64,000 nucleotides of DNA from Deltaproteobacteria bacterium (GTDB lineage: Bacteria; Desulfobacterota; Syntrophia; Syntrophales; UBA2210). Shown here piece after piece: positions 44,519 through 53,509 of the stretch. The stretch spans positions 3,779-67,778 of the forward strand of contig JAFGBH010000005.1 of NCBI GenBank assembly GCA_016933215.1, given 5' to 3'. Under the pieces are notes generated by a model. The model did no database searches. It saw only the letters and a program-made list of their open reading frames with translations, and had not been told where the DNA came from. The first letter of the stretch is position 1. Each line of letters opens with the position of its first letter. Made by a program: the position numbers and the translations under genes.

Positions 44519-46336
44519 TTACAGGACCGTATAAAATGAGGATATATACATCAATAGTCTCTGTTCCTGTCTCGCCTGCTCGCGATCCCTCTTTTTTAAT
44601 ATCTCTATCAGCTTTTTCCTGGGGGATATAAGTCCCGAATTAATGGAAAGCGCTTTTTTGTATGCCGCGATTGCCTCATCATCCCGCTTCTGGTTATGGA
44701 GTATCTCGCCCCATAGTTCATATTTATTTGCTGCGGCATATGAACGCTCATCAATTTTATCAAGATAAAAAGAGGCCTTCTTTACGTCTTTATATCTGAA
44801 ATAGTAAAGTCCGGCCAGGGACATGTTTGCGAAATCCGAATACCGTTTATTCAGTGCCGATGACTTTTCCCAGTAAAGAAGGGCTTCATCGGAAGCCCCT
44901 TTCGAGTGCAGAACGATTGCATGGCCGTTATAATATGCCGTCATATCGCCCGTCTTCTCCGTGGGAAGGGCTCCCAGAATCAGTGAAAATACCAGAATGA
45001 CCGCCCAGAAGGAAATTGCGAAATAGTGCCGTTTATTGATGGCCGAGATCAGGTCTTTTATTCCCATCACCGCAAAGGGTATGAGAATTGCCAAAAGCGG
45101 CAGCCGGTAGCGGGTCGTGGTAAAAAATATAATGAGGGTCGAGCCATAGACAAAGAAAATCATACTCAGGGCACGCGCCCTGGCACTCCTGAGGACGCTT
45201 ATTCCCATTCCGGCCATGCCGAGAGGAAAAATAAACCAGAAACTGAAAAAAGGAATCTTGAAAAAAGGAACAAACTGACTCATGAATGGAATATTATAGT
45301 GGTCGGTCAGTTGAAATTGCTGGGAGAAAGACAGGATCTTTTTGCACACTTTTTGAAAAAAGGCGCCGGGTTCTTTTTTTATTTCCTTGATGGTTTCCTC
45401 TTTCCAGTAGGACGATGCCTCCTCGGGGGTGAGTTTCCTGCCGACTCTTTTGCTTGCTTCAATAGTGAACTGAATGCCCTGGTGGAAAGGAGAGGTCGTG
45501 GCAAAGGGAACGGGGCCTGACCCGATTCTGTTTGACTGGTAGAGATTAAATCCCGATTGGGAGGTGGTCAGGGCCATCTTGCCGGTTACGATATAGTTTC
45601 TCGTCACGAAAGGCGATACGGCGATGGCGATGCCGAGCATATAGACGACGAAATTCGATGCCATGCTTTTGAAGGGCGTACCATTCTTGAAATCGTCCCA
45701 ACCGATTAAAACAGGCAAGAGAGGAATAACGAGGATGCACTGCGGTCTGACATTCAGCATCAGGCCAAGGGCAACTCCCATAAAAAAAAGCTTCACCATT
45801 GAACGCTTTCCGAGGGCCGCCACAAAAAGATAGACGGTGAGAGCGAGCAGAAATACGGACAACGCCGCCTTTAAGGGAACGATACTGTAAAATATAAAGG
45901 GTTTATACAAGGCGGCAACGAGACAGGCAGCAATGCCGACAAGGCGGCCAGCAAGCTCTTTGCCGGTCAGATATATCAGATAGCAGGCTCCGACACCAAA
46001 TACTATGTTCAGGATTCGTATATAAATAACCTGTGGTGAAAGGATTTTATAAATGAAGGCCATCATATAGGCGAAAAGAGGTGCAAATTTGTACACCGAT
46101 GATGAGTGATAGGTCCCATCGGCAATTTTGGATGCCCAGATGTGATAGACCCTCTCATCGTAGAGAAGATAATCGAAATATATGGTGTTTTGCAGACCGA
46201 GAAGGGCAATAATCCTTAATGCCAGTGTAGCGATGAGGATAATTGACACGATCAGATTGGTATGGCTTTCTGTTAAGAGCAGGATTCTTTCGGCATATCC
46301 TGCCTCCACCGGATCACGCTTCACTTTCTTCGCCAT
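44519..46336 (-). CDS. GT-C fold membrane glycosyltransferase (GT39/83, PMT_2/ArnT-like) with C-terminal TPR domain
   Basis: 605 aa, more than 10 TM helices. The first-loop acidic motif LLYDERVYHIW matches the DE/DExRY motif of PMT/ArnT enzymes. C-terminal TPRs (GASDEALLYWEKSSALNKRYSDFANMSLAGLYY...DDEAIAAYKKALSIN). Confidence 0.75.
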   Translation of the reverse strand: MAKKVKRDPVEAGYAERILLLTESHTNLIVSIILIATLALRIIALLGLQNTIYFDYLLYDERVYHIWASKIADGTYHSSSVYKFAPLFAYMMAFIYKILSPQVIYIRILNIVFGVGACYLIYLTGKELAGRLVGIAACLVAALYKPFIFYSIVPLKAALSVFLLALTVYLFVAALGKRSMVKLFFMGVALGLMLNVRPQCILVIPLLPVLIGWDDFKNGTPFKSMASNFVVYMLGIAIAVSPFVTRNYIVTGKMALTTSQSGFNLYQSNRIGSGPVPFATTSPFHQGIQFTIEASKRVGRKLTPEEASSYWKEETIKEIKKEPGAFFQKVCKKILSFSQQFQLTDHYNIPFMSQFVPFFKIPFFSFWFIFPLGMAGMGISVLRSARARALSMIFFVYGSTLIIFFTTTRYRLPLLAILIPFAVMGIKDLISAINKRHYFAISFWAVILVFSLILGALPTEKTGDMTAYYNGHAIVLHSKGASDEALLYWEKSSALNKRYSDFANMSLAGLYYFRYKDVKKASFYLDKIDERSYAAANKYELWGEILHNQKRDDEAIAAYKKALSINSGLISPRKKLIEILKKRDREQARQEQRLLMYISSFYTVL

Positions 46337-46829
46337 GATTTATCCTCTCCGCAGAGTCCGAATCGTTATGTTCCGATTGCAGTCTAACAGGTTTTGTCAG
46401 CGCTTTCAATGGTATGGTATGACTAAAACGACTTGACCCTCTGTTGCGAGATTGCTATCGCGGAACACGGTGCTGAAAGGCGGGGGTGTCTGTGATGAGC
46501 GATCAACTTCAAAAAACCCGGGTCGTTCAAGTAATACTCAAGTGGGCGGTGTTGTATCTCTTCTTTCTTGCTCCCGGGGGCATCGCTGTGAGAGAGGGTG
46601 TTATAGCTCTGGCATTGGCGCCATAGATTACAACGGGTGTAGCCGTTGGTGTTTCGCTTCTTGCGAGACTCTGTCAAATTGCTGTAATGTTTAAGATTGC
46701 TTCGATAGGATGGATGGTGTATCATTCCAAAACAAGAAGGTGCTCACTATGAATGGTGCAGGCGAAGACCTCCTTTCATCGTGATCCTTCGTAACAATCA
46801 AAAGATGATCTTTATGAGACCGTGGTGGT

Positions 46830-47780
46830 ATGAAGCTCATTATTCAGATTCTCTGTTATAACGAGGAAAAAACGCTTCCCCAGGTAATTGAAGATCTTCC
46901 TCGCGAACTTCCCGGCATCGACAGCATTGAATACCTGGTCGTTGATGACGGCAGTACGGACAGAACAGTCGAAACAGCCCGTGAAGTCGGTGCGCATCAT
47001 GTTACAAGCCTTAAATCAAACCAGGGATGCGGCGCCGCATTTCAGCACGGGCTTCAAGAGTGTATCGAGCTTGGAGCGGATATCATCGTCAATACGGACG
47101 GAGATAACCAGTACAAAGGTTCGTGCGTAGAATCGATCGTGACTCCCATACTGGAAGGAACTGCGGATATTGTCATTGGCACAAGGCCGATCGAAGAGAT
47201 TGAGGAATTTTCCTGGCTGAAAAAGAAACTTCAGCGGATCGGCAGCTACGTTGCCCGCCGGTTTTCCGGTGAAGAGGTGCCGGATGCTACCAGCGGCTTC
47301 AGGGCCTTTTCTGCCGATGCCGCGATGCATCTTCATATCACAACCCGGTATAGCCATACCCTCGAAACCATTATTCAGTCCGGACGTCTCAATATGGAAA
47401 TCGAACAGGTTCCCATTGAAGTCAACGCAAAGACGAGAGAATCGCGCCTCATGACTTCCATATCGCAGTATATCTGGAGGTCAGCCTTTATCATTCTGCG
47501 TTCATACATACGATACAGCCCGAGGCAAACATTTCTGTTTCTTTCTTCAATATTCGGCATACCCGGATTGCTCATCTGCCTGCGGTTTCTGTATTATTCT
47601 TTTATCCTTGATAAAAGCGGGTATATCCAGTCTCTCATTCTCGCCGCAGTGCTGCTGCTTATGTCCTTCCAGCTTCTTGTTCTGGGAATAATAGCTGACC
47701 TCGTTGGATTAAATAGAAGGCTGCTCCAGGAAAACTATTACCTTAACAAGAGACAGGTTCGAGAAAAACACCATCAATGA
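46830..47780 (+). CDS. GT2 polyprenyl-phosphate glycosyltransferase (DPM1/GtrB/ArnC-like)
   Basis: 316 aa. ILCYNEEKTL...VVDDGSTDRT...NTDGDNQY (DxD) plus two C-terminal TM helices, as in GtrB-type enzymes. Confidence 0.85.
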   Translation: MKLIIQILCYNEEKTLPQVIEDLPRELPGIDSIEYLVVDDGSTDRTVETAREVGAHHVTSLKSNQGCGAAFQHGLQECIELGADIIVNTDGDNQYKGSCVESIVTPILEGTADIVIGTRPIEEIEEFSWLKKKLQRIGSYVARRFSGEEVPDATSGFRAFSADAAMHLHITTRYSHTLETIIQSGRLNMEIEQVPIEVNAKTRESRLMTSISQYIWRSAFIILRSYIRYSPRQTFLFLSSIFGIPGLLICLRFLYYSFILDKSGYIQSLILAAVLLLMSFQLLVLGIIADLVGLNRRLLQENYYLNKRQVREKHHQ

Positions 47781-47784
47781 GAAA

Positions 47785-48783
47785 ATGTTAAATCTGAGTA
47801 GAACGGCAGAAAGCCTGCGCTACGCGATACTGGTGAGAAGGGCAATTCGGGCGTATGACCCCGGGCGCCGCACGACGAATCTACCGGGGCCCTTTGGCGT
47901 AAGAGTGCAGACGGTGGACCGCTGCAACCAGGCCTGCCTGATGTGCCCCTATTCAATTCTGGAAAAGCCCGGCCCCCCGAACTATATAGACGACGCGCTC
48001 TATGCCCACATTCTGAATGAATTGAAAAAGATTGGCACGGTCCGTTACTTCACGCCGATGCTTCAAGACGAACCACTTGTGGATAAGAACATTCACCTTC
48101 GGATAGAAAAGGCCAGAGCCACCCTTGGAGATACCCCCTCGATCTACGTGGTTACCAACGGTGTGATGCTGAACCCCCGAAAAGTTGATGATCTGATAGC
48201 GGCGGGTGTCGACCTCATCTCCGTGAGTATCGATGCCGTTAACGACGATACCTATGAAGCAATTCACGGGAGTCGAAACTTTGGAAAGGTAAGGGGAAAT
48301 GTCAGGTCTCTGCTCCATCTCAATCCCCGACCTCGCGTCGAGGTACGGTTTCTGAAACAGAGAGACAATGCGGGCGAAGAGAGGGACTTTGCGCGGTACT
48401 GGAAGGGTTTGGGAGCCGATCTCCTGTTTCACCGAGTGGTCAACCGGGCGGGGACGCTCTCCGCCTTCGAGGAGATAAAGAGAGGAAAGAGGAATCTCAA
48501 GGAACGATTATTTCTCATAGCCCGCGATCGAGTATCCCCTTTCTGCCCGCTTCCCTTCTATTTTCTCAATATCCTGTGGAACGGCGAGATCATCTTGTGC
48601 TGTAATGACTGGGGACCGCAGGAGATTCTAGGCGATATTTCCAGACAGTCTCTTTCCGAGGTCTGGAACGGAAGTGCCATGAATCGTCACCGGCATCTTC
48701 TCTACCAGGGGGCAAACAAAAAATCTCAGGTTTGCAAAGACTGTTCCTACGGTTACAACTACTCAAGAGCGAGGAAAAGATGA
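47785..48783 (+). CDS. Radical SAM / SPASM-domain protein
   Basis: 332 aa. CNQACLMC (CxxxCxxC) cluster motif. Cys-rich SPASM-like C-terminus (CPLPFYFLNILWNGEIILCCNDW...QVCKDCSYG). Starts 4 nt after the GT2 stop. Confidence 0.85.
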   Translation: MLNLSRTAESLRYAILVRRAIRAYDPGRRTTNLPGPFGVRVQTVDRCNQACLMCPYSILEKPGPPNYIDDALYAHILNELKKIGTVRYFTPMLQDEPLVDKNIHLRIEKARATLGDTPSIYVVTNGVMLNPRKVDDLIAAGVDLISVSIDAVNDDTYEAIHGSRNFGKVRGNVRSLLHLNPRPRVEVRFLKQRDNAGEERDFARYWKGLGADLLFHRVVNRAGTLSAFEEIKRGKRNLKERLFLIARDRVSPFCPLPFYFLNILWNGEIILCCNDWGPQEILGDISRQSLSEVWNGSAMNRHRHLLYQGANKKSQVCKDCSYGYNYSRARKR

Positions 48784-48913
48784 GTTCTGATATACGCCGA
48801 CCCAAGGATATACCCGTGTCGTCACCATCTTTTTTCTAACCGCAAGAACGTTCGAAATGCCTCGCCCGCCTGTTTCTATCGTTGGAAGTCTCTGATAGAG
48901 GGGGGTCGCATCA

Positions 48914-50221
48914 CTACACCTTCACATGGATAATCGGGAGCCCCAGGTGTTTTCGCTTCGACTCTCCCCGGAAGCGGGTCTGCTCCCGTTCCGTGGGTGT
49001 GCCCCGTTTTCCCTTCCCGAACTTTTCTATTATGTGTGATCCGCCTAAATGGAGCGTATGCTTCCCGTATTTTTCGGCGAGGAGGTCTGTCACCCCGTAG
49101 AGTCGTTCTATCTTCTCTATCCTGAGGGGACTTTCAAAGAGCGGGTACTGGATATTGTTGTCCTCGATGAGATCGAGAAGAACGACGCCCGTCGCTCGGT
49201 ACGATGCGGATCTCCGGTAGAGGGAATCGAAGAGGCCCCGGAATACACCGGAAAGCTCAAGGGGTCGCGCCGAAGGGCGGCTCAGCCGTGCCTCGGCTCC
49301 CTCCGTATGGAAGTTCTGCTCTTTCAGGAGGACGGCGATCTTGACGGGGGCGAGACGGTAGCGCCTCGCCTTGATGCAGGCCGATTCGAGGTTTCTCGAG
49401 AGCTGGGCAAAGAGGTATTCCCTGTCGTTCGTGGGAGGTGAAAAGGTCTTTACCTTGCTTATCGATGCGTAGGCGGCCTTTTCTTCCGATGAGACGGGAT
49501 AGACTGACTCGCCCCTCAACTCCTGCCAGATCTCCCGCGTCGGCTTGGTGAAGCGCCTTTTTGCCATCTCCTCGGGGAGCCTGGCAAAATCGAGGGCCCT
49601 TTCGATGCCCATCTTTGAGAGGTAGTGTGTCGTGGCGTGGCCTATTCCCCATATGTCTTTCACGGGGAGGTCTCGGAGGTAGGAAGCGATGTCTCTCCCC
49701 GGGATTGCCGTGAAACCATCGGGCTTTCGATACTTGGAGGCAATTTTTGCCAGGACCTTGGTGACGCTGAGTCCTACCGTGACACCGATTCCCAGCTCCC
49801 GTTCCACCTCCTGCTTAACGGTCCGGGCGATTCCTTCATAGGAGGAGTGAAGGGCGCGCCGCATTCCCGTGATGTCGCCGAAGGCCTCGTCTATGGAGTA
49901 TTCCTCCACCTGGGGGGTAAAGTGCCGGAGGACATCGAACATCCGTTTGGAGAAGAGGCTGTAGGTTTCGTAATCCGAGGGGAGTATGATGAGCCCGGGG
50001 CAGAGCCTTCGTGCCTCATGAAGGGGAACGCCCCGTTTGACGCCCCTCCTCTTGGCGGCATAGCTGGCGCAGGCTACAATTCCCCGCTCGCCCCCCGTGA
50101 TAAGGGGCTTCCCCCGGAGTTCGGGATGGATCGCCTCCTCGCAGGAGGTGAAAAAGGCGTCGCCGTCGATATGAAGGATGGCACGGGGCCATGACCGAAG
50201 GCCAAAGATGTATTCGTCCAT
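48914..50221 (-). CDS. dinB: Y-family DNA polymerase (Pol IV/DinB-like)
   Basis: 435 aa. ILHIDGDAFFTSCEEA and YSIDEAFGDITG catalytic motifs. Downstream of lexA. Confidence 0.85.
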   Translation of the reverse strand: MDEYIFGLRSWPRAILHIDGDAFFTSCEEAIHPELRGKPLITGGERGIVACASYAAKRRGVKRGVPLHEARRLCPGLIILPSDYETYSLFSKRMFDVLRHFTPQVEEYSIDEAFGDITGMRRALHSSYEGIARTVKQEVERELGIGVTVGLSVTKVLAKIASKYRKPDGFTAIPGRDIASYLRDLPVKDIWGIGHATTHYLSKMGIERALDFARLPEEMAKRRFTKPTREIWQELRGESVYPVSSEEKAAYASISKVKTFSPPTNDREYLFAQLSRNLESACIKARRYRLAPVKIAVLLKEQNFHTEGAEARLSRPSARPLELSGVFRGLFDSLYRRSASYRATGVVLLDLIEDNNIQYPLFESPLRIEKIERLYGVTDLLAEKYGKHTLHLGGSHIIEKFGKGKRGTPTEREQTRFRGESKRKHLGLPIIHVKV

Positions 50222-50240
50222 GGTTTCTCAAGGCAAACAA

Positions 50241-50289
50241 TGAAGTTCCCCGCCCACAGGGCGGGGCTTGCGGGTGCGCCCCCCGTCAA
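50241..50289 (+). repeat. GC-rich palindromic repeat, unit copy B3 (between lexA and dinB)
   Basis: tgaagttCCCCGCCcacaGGGCGGGGcttgcgggtgcgccccccgtcaa. Confidence 0.8.
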
Positions 50290-50316
50290 AAGGGGAGGGG
50301 AGATGTCCCGTTCCCT

Positions 50317-50904
50317 TTACGTGTGGTATTTACGGACAACGGCAGTAATGACTCCCCCCACCGTGAGTTCCCTTTTGGGCCGTATGGGAGGGTAGTCGGG
50401 ATTGGCCGATTCGAGGACGATTCCGCCCCGCTTTTTCCTGAAATATTTCATCGTCCACTCGCCGTCCACCTGGGCAATAATCACGTCTCCGTTCCGGGGA
50501 TCTCTTCCCTTTTCCACGATGACGAGATCTCCCGGCATTATGCCCTCACCAATCATGGAATCGCCGCTCACTTCCAGAAGGAAGGAGGTCTCGGGTCGTG
50601 CAATGAGATACTCGTCGAGGGAGATGGTATCCCGGAGTTCCTCCTCGGCGGGCGAGGGAAAGCCGGCACGCACCTCTCCCACCAGCGGAAGGGAAAGGGA
50701 CCGGCGGGCCGGTTGCAAAAACCCCTTGGCGTCTTTCTTCAGTATGTCCGCTGCCACCAGTTTCTCTATCCAGAAGTTGACGACACTTTTCGACCTCACA
50801 TCGAGAAGGGTCACCATCTCGGAATAGGTGGGCATTCTCCGGGCCTCCCTGAAAAATCCCATAATTTTCATCTCTACGCTTTTTATGGTTCTCTTTTTCT
50901 TCAT
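50317..50904 (-). CDS. lexA: LexA repressor (S24 peptidase)
   Basis: 195 aa. N-terminal winged helix, cleavage-site region VGEVRAGFPSPA (Ala-Gly), SGDSM catalytic Ser motif and a downstream Lys. Confidence 0.85.
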   Translation of the reverse strand: MKKKRTIKSVEMKIMGFFREARRMPTYSEMVTLLDVRSKSVVNFWIEKLVAADILKKDAKGFLQPARRSLSLPLVGEVRAGFPSPAEEELRDTISLDEYLIARPETSFLLEVSGDSMIGEGIMPGDLVIVEKGRDPRNGDVIIAQVDGEWTMKYFRKKRGGIVLESANPDYPPIRPKRELTVGGVITAVVRKYHT

Positions 50905-50916
50905 ACTGTGTTATCT

Positions 50917-50936
50917 AATAGAACAAACGTTCTATT
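50917..50936. promoter_or_regulatory. Cheo-type SOS box (LexA operator)
   Basis: AATAGAAC-AAAC-GTTCTATT: perfect 8-nt arms, with a core GAAC-RNRY-GTTC. Lies 13 nt upstream of the lexA ATG and sits between a minus-strand TTGACA (50941-50936) and TTAGAT. Confidence 0.6.
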
Positions 50937-51052
50937 GTCAAGAATTATTTTATTGAGAGAGTCCGAATGTGCCGGGAAGGCGGGGCTTTTTTCGAAGGGG
51001 ATAGATCCGTAAAAGGCCTGCGGATCTCTCGCCCTCGGTCATTGAACAGGCT

Positions 51053-51080
51053 TTACATTACATGCCGCTTGTACTATATA
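51053..51080 (+). promoter_or_regulatory. Candidate sigma70 promoter for pgpA-cinA-thpR-recA string
   Basis: TTACAT, 16 nt spacer, TATATA, about 95 nt upstream of pgpA. Weak evidence. Confidence 0.3.
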
Positions 51081-51172
51081 AGCCGGAGAAATGCGGATGT
51101 GGTGATGGGTCGGCACAAGACGCTGTTTTCAGTGAAGCCGGCTCTTTTTGATTTTCCTGAAAGGAGTGTAAT

Positions 51173-51631
51173 ATGCCGGAGAGGTTCATAAGGATTTTGG
51201 CTACCGGTTTCGGAAGCGGTTTCGCTCCTCTGGCACCGGGAACTGCCGGTACAGTCGTGGGGATACCGCTGTATTTTCTCTTTTCCGCTTTTCCCTGGCC
51301 TCTTCACCTCCTCTCCATCGTCGCCCTCTCCTTCCTCGCTATATTCCTGTCCCAGGAGGCGGAGAAGATTTTTAAAGAGAAGGACCCGTCGAGGGTGGTG
51401 ATCGACGAGATCGTCGGATTTCAGTTTGCCATGTTTCTCGTTACCCCCACGGTGGTGCATGTACTTATCGGATTTCTCCTTTTCAGGATTTTTGATATTG
51501 TGAAGCCCTTTCCGATCCGTCTCAGCGAGACAAAGCTGCCCGGCGGATACGGGGTCGTGGGTGACGATATAATCGCAGGGATTTACGGGAATATTATTCT
51601 CCAGGTATTGATTGTTGTTACGGGAATGTAG
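51173..51631 (+). CDS. pgpA: Phosphatidylglycerophosphatase A
   Basis: 152 aa. LATGFGSGFAPLAPGTAGTVVGIPLY...DPSRVVIDEIVGF...FRIFDIVKPFPI...GGYGVVGDDIIAG. Confidence 0.9.
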   Translation: MPERFIRILATGFGSGFAPLAPGTAGTVVGIPLYFLFSAFPWPLHLLSIVALSFLAIFLSQEAEKIFKEKDPSRVVIDEIVGFQFAMFLVTPTVVHVLIGFLLFRIFDIVKPFPIRLSETKLPGGYGVVGDDIIAGIYGNIILQVLIVVTGM

Positions 51632-51641
51632 GATGTGAACT

Positions 51642-52895
51642 ATGAAGATCGGTATACTTGCCATAGGGGATGAGCTCATAAGCGGTATGACGCAGGATAC
51701 GAACTCCTCCTTTATGGCCCGCGAACTCTCTGCGGAAGGATGGCAGATTTCGGGAATCCTGATTGTCGGCGATGACGGGCAACTTATTGAAAAGGGCCTC
51801 GCACACCTTATGGGAATCTCTGATGCCATCATCGTCACGGGAGGGCTGGGCCCCACCTCGGATGATATGACGACGGAGTCGATTGCGAAGGCCTTCGGGC
51901 TTACGCTCTATACCGACGAGGCGATTCTCAGCCGGATGAAAGAGGGCTTCAGGGCCTTCGGTCTTCCCTGGGCCGATACGAACACAAAACAGGCACGATT
52001 TCCCGAGGGCGCGGTGATAATCGACAATCCCGTGGGCACTGCCTGCGGATTTTCCCTCGAAAGGGGGGGTGTTATAATTGCCGTGATTCCCGGTGTCCCA
52101 AGAGAGGTCCACCGGATGCTTCCCGAAGGTGTGGTGCCGCTTCTCAGGAAAACATTCGGGGAGACGGGGGAGACGAGAAGAAGAAGAACGATAAAGTCCT
52201 TCGGCCTCACCGAGGCGGAGGTTGCTAAGAGGCTCTCCGATCTCGATATCGGTCCCGGTATCGAAATCGGTTTCTATCCGCGCTTTCCCGAGAATCATAT
52301 CGTCGTTACCGCGAGAGGCGGGAGCGAAAAAGAGGTCGACGAAAGGCTTGGGAGGATTGAGGAGGGTATCGTCGAGAGGCTGGGCAAGTATGTCTTCGGC
52401 TATGACGACGATACGATGGAGGGGATTGTGGCATCGATCCTCACGAAGAGGAATATGACCCTTGCCGTGGCCGAATCATGTACGGGAGGACTCATCACCG
52501 ACCGCATTACGAATGTGCCGGGCAGCTCCGCCTTTCTCGAAAGGGGTGTGGTCGTCTACAGCAACAGGGCGAAGACAGAACTCCTCGGCGTTCCTCCCGA
52601 GGTGATCGAAACAGAGGGGGCCGTCAGTGAAACAACCGCCCTTCTGATGGCGACTGGGGTCCGCGATCTTGCGAAAGCGGATGTGGGACTGGCCGTCACG
52701 GGAATTGCGGGACCTACGGGCGGAACGGAGGGAAAACCGGTGGGAACCGTTTTTATTGCTCTTGCAAACGATACAGGGTCTTTCTGCCGGGAGCTCCATT
52801 TCCGCTGGGACCGGAGAAGGAACAAGGAAATGACCGCTCAGATTGCTCTGGAGCTTCTGAGGCGATCACTCGTGGGAATAGATATTCATGGCTGA
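51642..52895 (+). CDS. cinA: CinA (competence/damage-inducible protein A; NMN amidohydrolase family)
   Basis: 417 aa. MKIGILAIGDELISGMTQDTNSSFMAREL (MoCF-type N-domain) and a C-terminal CinA domain (LAVAESCTGGLITDRITNVPGSS). Confidence 0.9.
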   Translation: MKIGILAIGDELISGMTQDTNSSFMARELSAEGWQISGILIVGDDGQLIEKGLAHLMGISDAIIVTGGLGPTSDDMTTESIAKAFGLTLYTDEAILSRMKEGFRAFGLPWADTNTKQARFPEGAVIIDNPVGTACGFSLERGGVIIAVIPGVPREVHRMLPEGVVPLLRKTFGETGETRRRRTIKSFGLTEAEVAKRLSDLDIGPGIEIGFYPRFPENHIVVTARGGSEKEVDERLGRIEEGIVERLGKYVFGYDDDTMEGIVASILTKRNMTLAVAESCTGGLITDRITNVPGSSAFLERGVVVYSNRAKTELLGVPPEVIETEGAVSETTALLMATGVRDLAKADVGLAVTGIAGPTGGTEGKPVGTVFIALANDTGSFCRELHFRWDRRRNKEMTAQIALELLRRSLVGIDIHG

Positions 52896-53475
52896 TGAAA
52901 AAGGGATACGAGCCTTTCTGGCCATCGATCTCCCCGGGGATGTCAGAGAGAAAATAGGTGATGTCCAGGCGGGGTTGAAGGGTGTTCTGGAAGGGATACG
53001 TTGGACCCGTCCGGAAGGAATACACCTGACATTGAAGTTCTTCGGTGATATAGATAAAAGCACGATCGGTTCAATCTCGGATATCATTGAAAAGAAGACG
53101 AAGGGCTTTGGGCCCCTCTCATTGGCGATGGGAAGAATGGGAGCCTTTCCCAATCCGGGAAGAGCCCGTGTTTTATGGATAGGGGTTGAAGGTGAAACCG
53201 AGAAGCTTGCCTCTCTCCAGGGGGGAATGGAAGACGACTTCGAGACCTTGGGTTTTGCAAGGGAAACAAGGTCATTCACACCGCATCTTACCTTGGGAAG
53301 GGTAAGGTCGTCGCGGAGAATGATCACAGGACTTCGGGAAGCGATGGAAAAAATAGGGTATGAGAAACCGGACCCTTTTCAAGCGGAAGGGCTTACCCTT
53401 TTTAAAAGCGATCTCTTACCCGGGGGAGCCGTATACACAAAGCTTGCGTATTTTTCCTTTGGTGGGCAAGAATAA
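52888..53475 (+). CDS. thpR: RNA 2',3'-cyclic phosphodiesterase (2H family, ThpR/LigT)
   Basis: 195 aa. Two HxTx motifs ([15 protein letters not shown]). The start overlaps the cinA stop (ATGGCTGA). Confidence 0.85.
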   Translation: MADEKGIRAFLAIDLPGDVREKIGDVQAGLKGVLEGIRWTRPEGIHLTLKFFGDIDKSTIGSISDIIEKKTKGFGPLSLAMGRMGAFPNPGRARVLWIGVEGETEKLASLQGGMEDDFETLGFARETRSFTPHLTLGRVRSSRRMITGLREAMEKIGYEKPDPFQAEGLTLFKSDLLPGGAVYTKLAYFSFGGQE

Positions 53476-53509
53476 TTTTTTAGAATACTATATGAAGGGG
53501 GAGAGTGTT

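Noticed and set aside
46423-46725. The 100-aa minus-strand ORF might be a decayed RAYT/IS200-like transposase (NLWRQCQSYNTL...PLEYYLNDPGF vaguely like WQRxYYDHxIR...YIxxNP)
   Set aside because: The similarity needs several indels, the HUH and catalytic Tyr motifs are not visible, and the ORF has no RBS. This is too weak to call without a profile search (HMM PF01797).
51074-51856. 260-aa minus-strand ORF across pgpA and the start of cinA, plus the 226-aa ORF at 51618-52298
   Set aside because: They are antisense to two strongly recognisable conserved genes and show no motif or RBS.
53350-53509. Looked for a LexA (GAAC-N4-GTTC) box upstream of recA
   Set aside because: Only a half-site-like tagaatacta is present. 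There is no palindrome, so no SOS box is annotated for recA.
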